A stretch of 64,000 nucleotides of DNA. Source: Torpedo marmorata (Eukaryota). Both the position numbers and the translations under genes were made by a program. This document shows, piece by piece, positions 60,075 through 64,000 of the stretch. Where the stretch lies: NCBI GenBank assembly GCA_977017645.1, contig OZ360238.1, positions 76,446,001-76,510,000 of the forward strand, read 5' to 3'. Each line of letters starts with the position of its first letter. Within the stretch, counting starts at the first letter, position 1. The notes beneath the pieces are model-generated. The model saw only the letters and a program-made list of their open reading frames with translations, had not been told where the DNA came from and did no database searches.

Positions 60075-60677
60075 CAGGTCGAATACCCCTTATCCGAAGT
60101 TCCGAAAACTGAAAAGATCCAAAAACCGATGTCACGTTGAAAAGAATTCACCACCTGACTTGCCCATGTGGGGCTCTGACGCTCTGTTGGCGCAAGTTTG
60201 GTAACAACAGGGATCTGTGGTACAAAACAAAATCTTTGCTTCTGGCCGGGAAGATGCCAAACGGAGCTGGGTCCAAGTCTTCAGCATCGGCTGCAGCCAG
60301 AGTCGGCGACTCCATTCTCAACATCGGGTGCGGTGCCGTCCACATCGAAGAAGCCGCCTCGGGCTCCCGGGCAGGAGTGGGGACCGTAGTCGGGGACCGG
60401 CGGCGGTGGAGAGGTGGTCTTCTTTTGTAAGCAGAGATCATGTTTTTTTTGGTAAGTACTAAACATTATTTCATGTGAATTTTCCACTTGTGGCATCATG
60501 TCGGCACTCAAAAAGCCTGCCGTTGTTTGTTGTTGCTGTTTAACCGCTGATACAGGTATTTTGCTGATGCTACTGTGCTGCTTAGTTCCATTGTTCCAAA
60601 ATCCGGAAAAAAAAAGAAAAAAAAAAACCGGAAAAACATCTGGCCCCAAGCATTTCGGATAAGGGGTGCTCGACCTG
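60075..60677. mobile_element. Tigger/MER2-like MITE
   Basis: TIRs caggtcgaataccccttatccgaa / ttcggataaggggtgctcgacctg with TA TSD. Confidence 0.85.
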
Positions 60678-61445
60678 TATAGGAAAATGAGATTAGGAGA
60701 TGGGTACTTGATGGTCGCTGTGGCATGGTGAGCTCAAGGGCCTGTTACTGTGCTGTGCGACTCAATGACCAACTCTTCCAACTTTTGATATTTGCGACTG
60801 CTACATAATTTGTAAGCTGTACCCTTGTACATAGAAATTTCAGAGGGTGATGGTGTAGGGTTGTTTTAGATCAAGAATACCTAGAAAATCTATTAAAAGT
60901 TTTAGACAGCAAAGCTCACTCGACCAAAATATCAATCTTTTTGATTTCTCTCTTCAGAAACCGATCAACTTTCTTTCAAATCAATCCACGCCATCTATTT
61001 CAATGAACCTTCCCACCAATTTATTTGATCATATAACAGAGTTAGAATTGTCTGAATTTTCAGTTCCCAAACCTCTGTGACCTTTTGCTGCAACTTTTCT
61101 AAATTCTCCATATTTTTAAATCAGTATATACATATATACATCTCAAAAATCCATTCAAAAGACTAGCAATTTCAACCCCCCCTCAAATATCACCCTTTAA
61201 AAAAAGCAATGCCATAAAAGGTCATTTTTCTGTACTTTGATGAGAAATGCCTTGAAATATTGAGACTGGAAGCTCACAAGCATTTATTAAACAATTGGAG
61301 CAAAATAATGAGCATTTACTTGTACTTCCCAATGTAGCACATATTCTATTGACAATATCAGCTTTCAATGACATTTTATTTCCCTGTTATGTAAATTAAC
61401 AGTGGTTAATTTCTATAAATGATAATAAAACAGTTGTTGCCTCAC

Positions 61446-61551
61446 CAGCCACCATATGCAAAGAGGCCACTGTACAATGCCAATACAGTTTTTCCCACAT
61501 CTGTTGTTGTCCCTTCAAAGGCTCGTTTTGGTTCCAAGTAAGGAGTATCGC
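61446..61551 (-). CDS. SLC7A5: SLC7A5/LAT1-like coding exon (equivalent to exon 3)
   Basis: Minus strand tctgtacag|GC GAT ACT...GGT GGC TG|gtgag; 106 nt; translates (G)DTPYLEPKRAFEGTTTDVGKTVLALYSGLFAYGGW, matching the LAT1 TM6 motif LALYSGLFAYGGW. Confidence 0.95.
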
Positions 61552-61689
61552 CTGTACAGAGCAAACAAACTCAAAATGACATTCAAACAGCTAATATCAA
61601 GTGAAACCACTTAAGACATGATGGTCACACCCATCTAAAATTCCTCTTATTTTCCATGAGGAATTTACTTCCGGATGAAAATGGAAACA

Positions 61690-63476
61690 ACAAGGGACAC
61701 CTGACAGCTGTGGCAGGGCCTAAATGCCATAACCTGTTACAAAACCAAATCTGGTAAAGCAGCAGACGGCAAAGCTTCTCTCCCAGAGGAATTCAATGCC
61801 TTCGACGCCCGATGTGACGACAGTAACAGCGAAGAACCACCCCTCCGCACCCCCACGTCCCCTAATGATCGCATCCTGTCCGTATATGAGGACGTCATGC
61901 GTGCTGCCTTCAGGAGAGTGAATCCGAAGAAAGCATCCTGCCCAGCTGGAGTACCTGGCCGAGTATTAAAGATCCGTGCTGACAACTGACCAAGGTATTC
62001 ACGGATATCTTCAATATCTCACTCCAGCAGGGCGTAGTACCCACCTGTTTCAAACAGGCGTCAATCATATAAGAGTGTAGTTGCCTGCCTTAATGACTAT
62101 CGACAGTGATGAAGTGTTTTGAAAGGCTGGTGATGAAGCATATCAGCTCCTGTCTGAGCGGTAACATGGATACATTCCAGTTCGCCTACCGTAGTAACAG
62201 GTCTACGGCGGATGCCATCTCACTGACTCTACACAAAGCCCTGGAACACCTGGACAGCAAAGATGCATACATCAGGATGCTCTTTATCGACTACAGTTCG
62301 GCATTGAACACCATCATCCCCTCAAAACTGATCAGCAAACTCCAACACCTGGGAGTTAACACCACACTGTGTAATTGGATCATGAATTTCCTCATCTCCA
62401 GACCACAATCAGTGAAGATTGGTAAGAACATCTCTTCCACAATCTCCATCAGTACCAGAGCACCACAGGGCTGTGTTCTTAGCCCCCGGCTCTACTCACT
62501 TTAGACCTACGACTGTGTAACTCGGTACGACAATAACACCATCTACAAATTTGCCAACGATACCACGGTAGTAGGTTGTATAAAGGAAGGGGATGAGTCA
62601 GCATACAGGATGGAGATTGAAAACTTGGCTGAATGGTGTACCAACAACAACCTTGCACTCAATGTCACCAAAACTAAGGAGCTGATTGTTGACTTCAGGA
62701 AAGGAAAGCCAGAGGTATACAATCCAGTGATCATTGGGGGATCAGAGGTGGAGAGGGTGAGCAAATTTAAGTTCTTGGGAGTCACTATCTCGGAGGATCT
62801 TTCCTGGACCCAACACACCAATGGCATCGTGAAGAAAGCACATCAGCGCCTCTACTTCCTCAGGAGTTTGCGGAGGTTTGGTATGACACCAGAAACCCTG
62901 GCAAATTTCTGCAGAGGTGTGGTAGAAAGTGTGCTGACTGGCTGCATCACGGTCTGGTATGGGAACACCAATACCCCTGAGCGTAAAGTCCTCCAAAAGG
63001 TAGTGGACACAGCCCAGGACATCACAGGCAAAACCCTCCCCACTATTGTGTACATCTATAGGGAACACTGCCGTTGGAGAGCAGCAGCAATCATCAAAGA
63101 CCCACACCACCCAGCACATGCTCTGTTCTCGCTGCTGCCATCAGGAAAGAGGTATAGGTGCCACAAGACTCGCACCACCAGGTTCAGGAACAGCTGCTAC
63201 CCCTCCACCATCAGACTCCTCAACGACAAACTCAATCAGAGACTCATTTAAGGACTCTTAATTGTGCACTTTATTGATTTTCTTTTGTTCTCTCTGTTTG
63301 TTTACATTCGTTATCTGTTTATAGTTCTTTTATTTGTTTACATGTTTATGCTGTGTACAGTCTATTTTTGCAATATCAATTAGTGGTAATTCTGCCGCGC
63401 CTGCAGGAAAAAGGAATCTCAGGGTCCTATGTGATGTCATGTATGTACTCTGACAATAAATCTGAAATCTGAAATC
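61690..63476 (+). mobile_element. Rex1/Babar LINE, degenerate
   Basis: [39 protein letters not shown]; tail tgacaataaatctgaaatctgaaatct. Confidence 0.92.
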
Positions 63477-64000
63477 TACTTTAAATAAATTATCATCGCT
63501 AAAATAGCACAAAGCAGTATTTCGCAACCTGTGTGGGATGGCAGTGATGCAATGAAGGTAAATATTACTGAAAAATAAATAAGCAATATGTAAAACAAGA
63601 TTACAAATTCCATAACAAAAAAACCCCAAAAATTGTCAATTTTTTTTCCCCACAGAACAAAAATCCTGTTGATGCCTGGGAAGGGGCTGGAACTTGCCAA
63701 CCCACTCCCCACTGGTTATTCGTGGATTTGCTGTAGGTTGTCCACTGTAAGTAAAAGAATATTTAAGGTGGTTTATGAGGAACATAACATTGAAAACCAA
63801 TGGCTAAGAGGATTTTGAATGATCATGTTCAAAATTTATACCCTGGAATGCCACAGACAATATTCATGGACTAACCTACAATATTTAACATATGAATAAA
63901 AAACTAGAACAATTTTTCTTCAAAGGTATGTGCCACAATTCTGTAAATGTTAACTGTTAATTGTTGAACTATTCACTTTACTTTGCCAGTGTAGCTGTAA

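Overview
Vertebrate genomic DNA, most likely from a cartilaginous fish (shark/ray; inferred from the HE1/V-SINE, Rex1, CR1 and Penelope-like repertoire). No prokaryotic features and no CRISPR array. The only host gene found is an SLC7A5 (LAT1)-like amino-acid transporter on the minus strand. Eight coding exons (equivalent to exons 3-10: 106, 45, 124, 104, 97, 150, 178 and 56 nt, all GT-AG) run from 61551 to the stop at 20857; exons 1-2 lie beyond the window. Most of the rest is nested mobile DNA: many Rex1/Babar LINEs, CR1 LINEs (one near full length), an L1 3' fragment, V-SINEs, Tigger-like and hAT MITEs. Highlights: (1) a decayed ERV-L-like (class III) provirus with a gamma-type env, in which the 36 nt encoding the integrase catalytic motif (EVQSDQGTHFTG) have expanded into a ~93-copy, 3.3 kb minisatellite; (2) a near-intact 4.1 kb Neptune-type Penelope-like element with two hammerhead-ribozyme-bearing terminal repeats, in sense orientation in SLC7A5 intron 4, nested in a hAT MITE inside a Rex1 tail; (3) a perfect 92-bp inverted duplication around a Rex1-tailed element; (4) a MITE carrying a palindromic pair of ZNF143/Staf consensus sites. 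All calls were made by eye, and repeat boundaries are approximate unless TSDs or TIRs are quoted.
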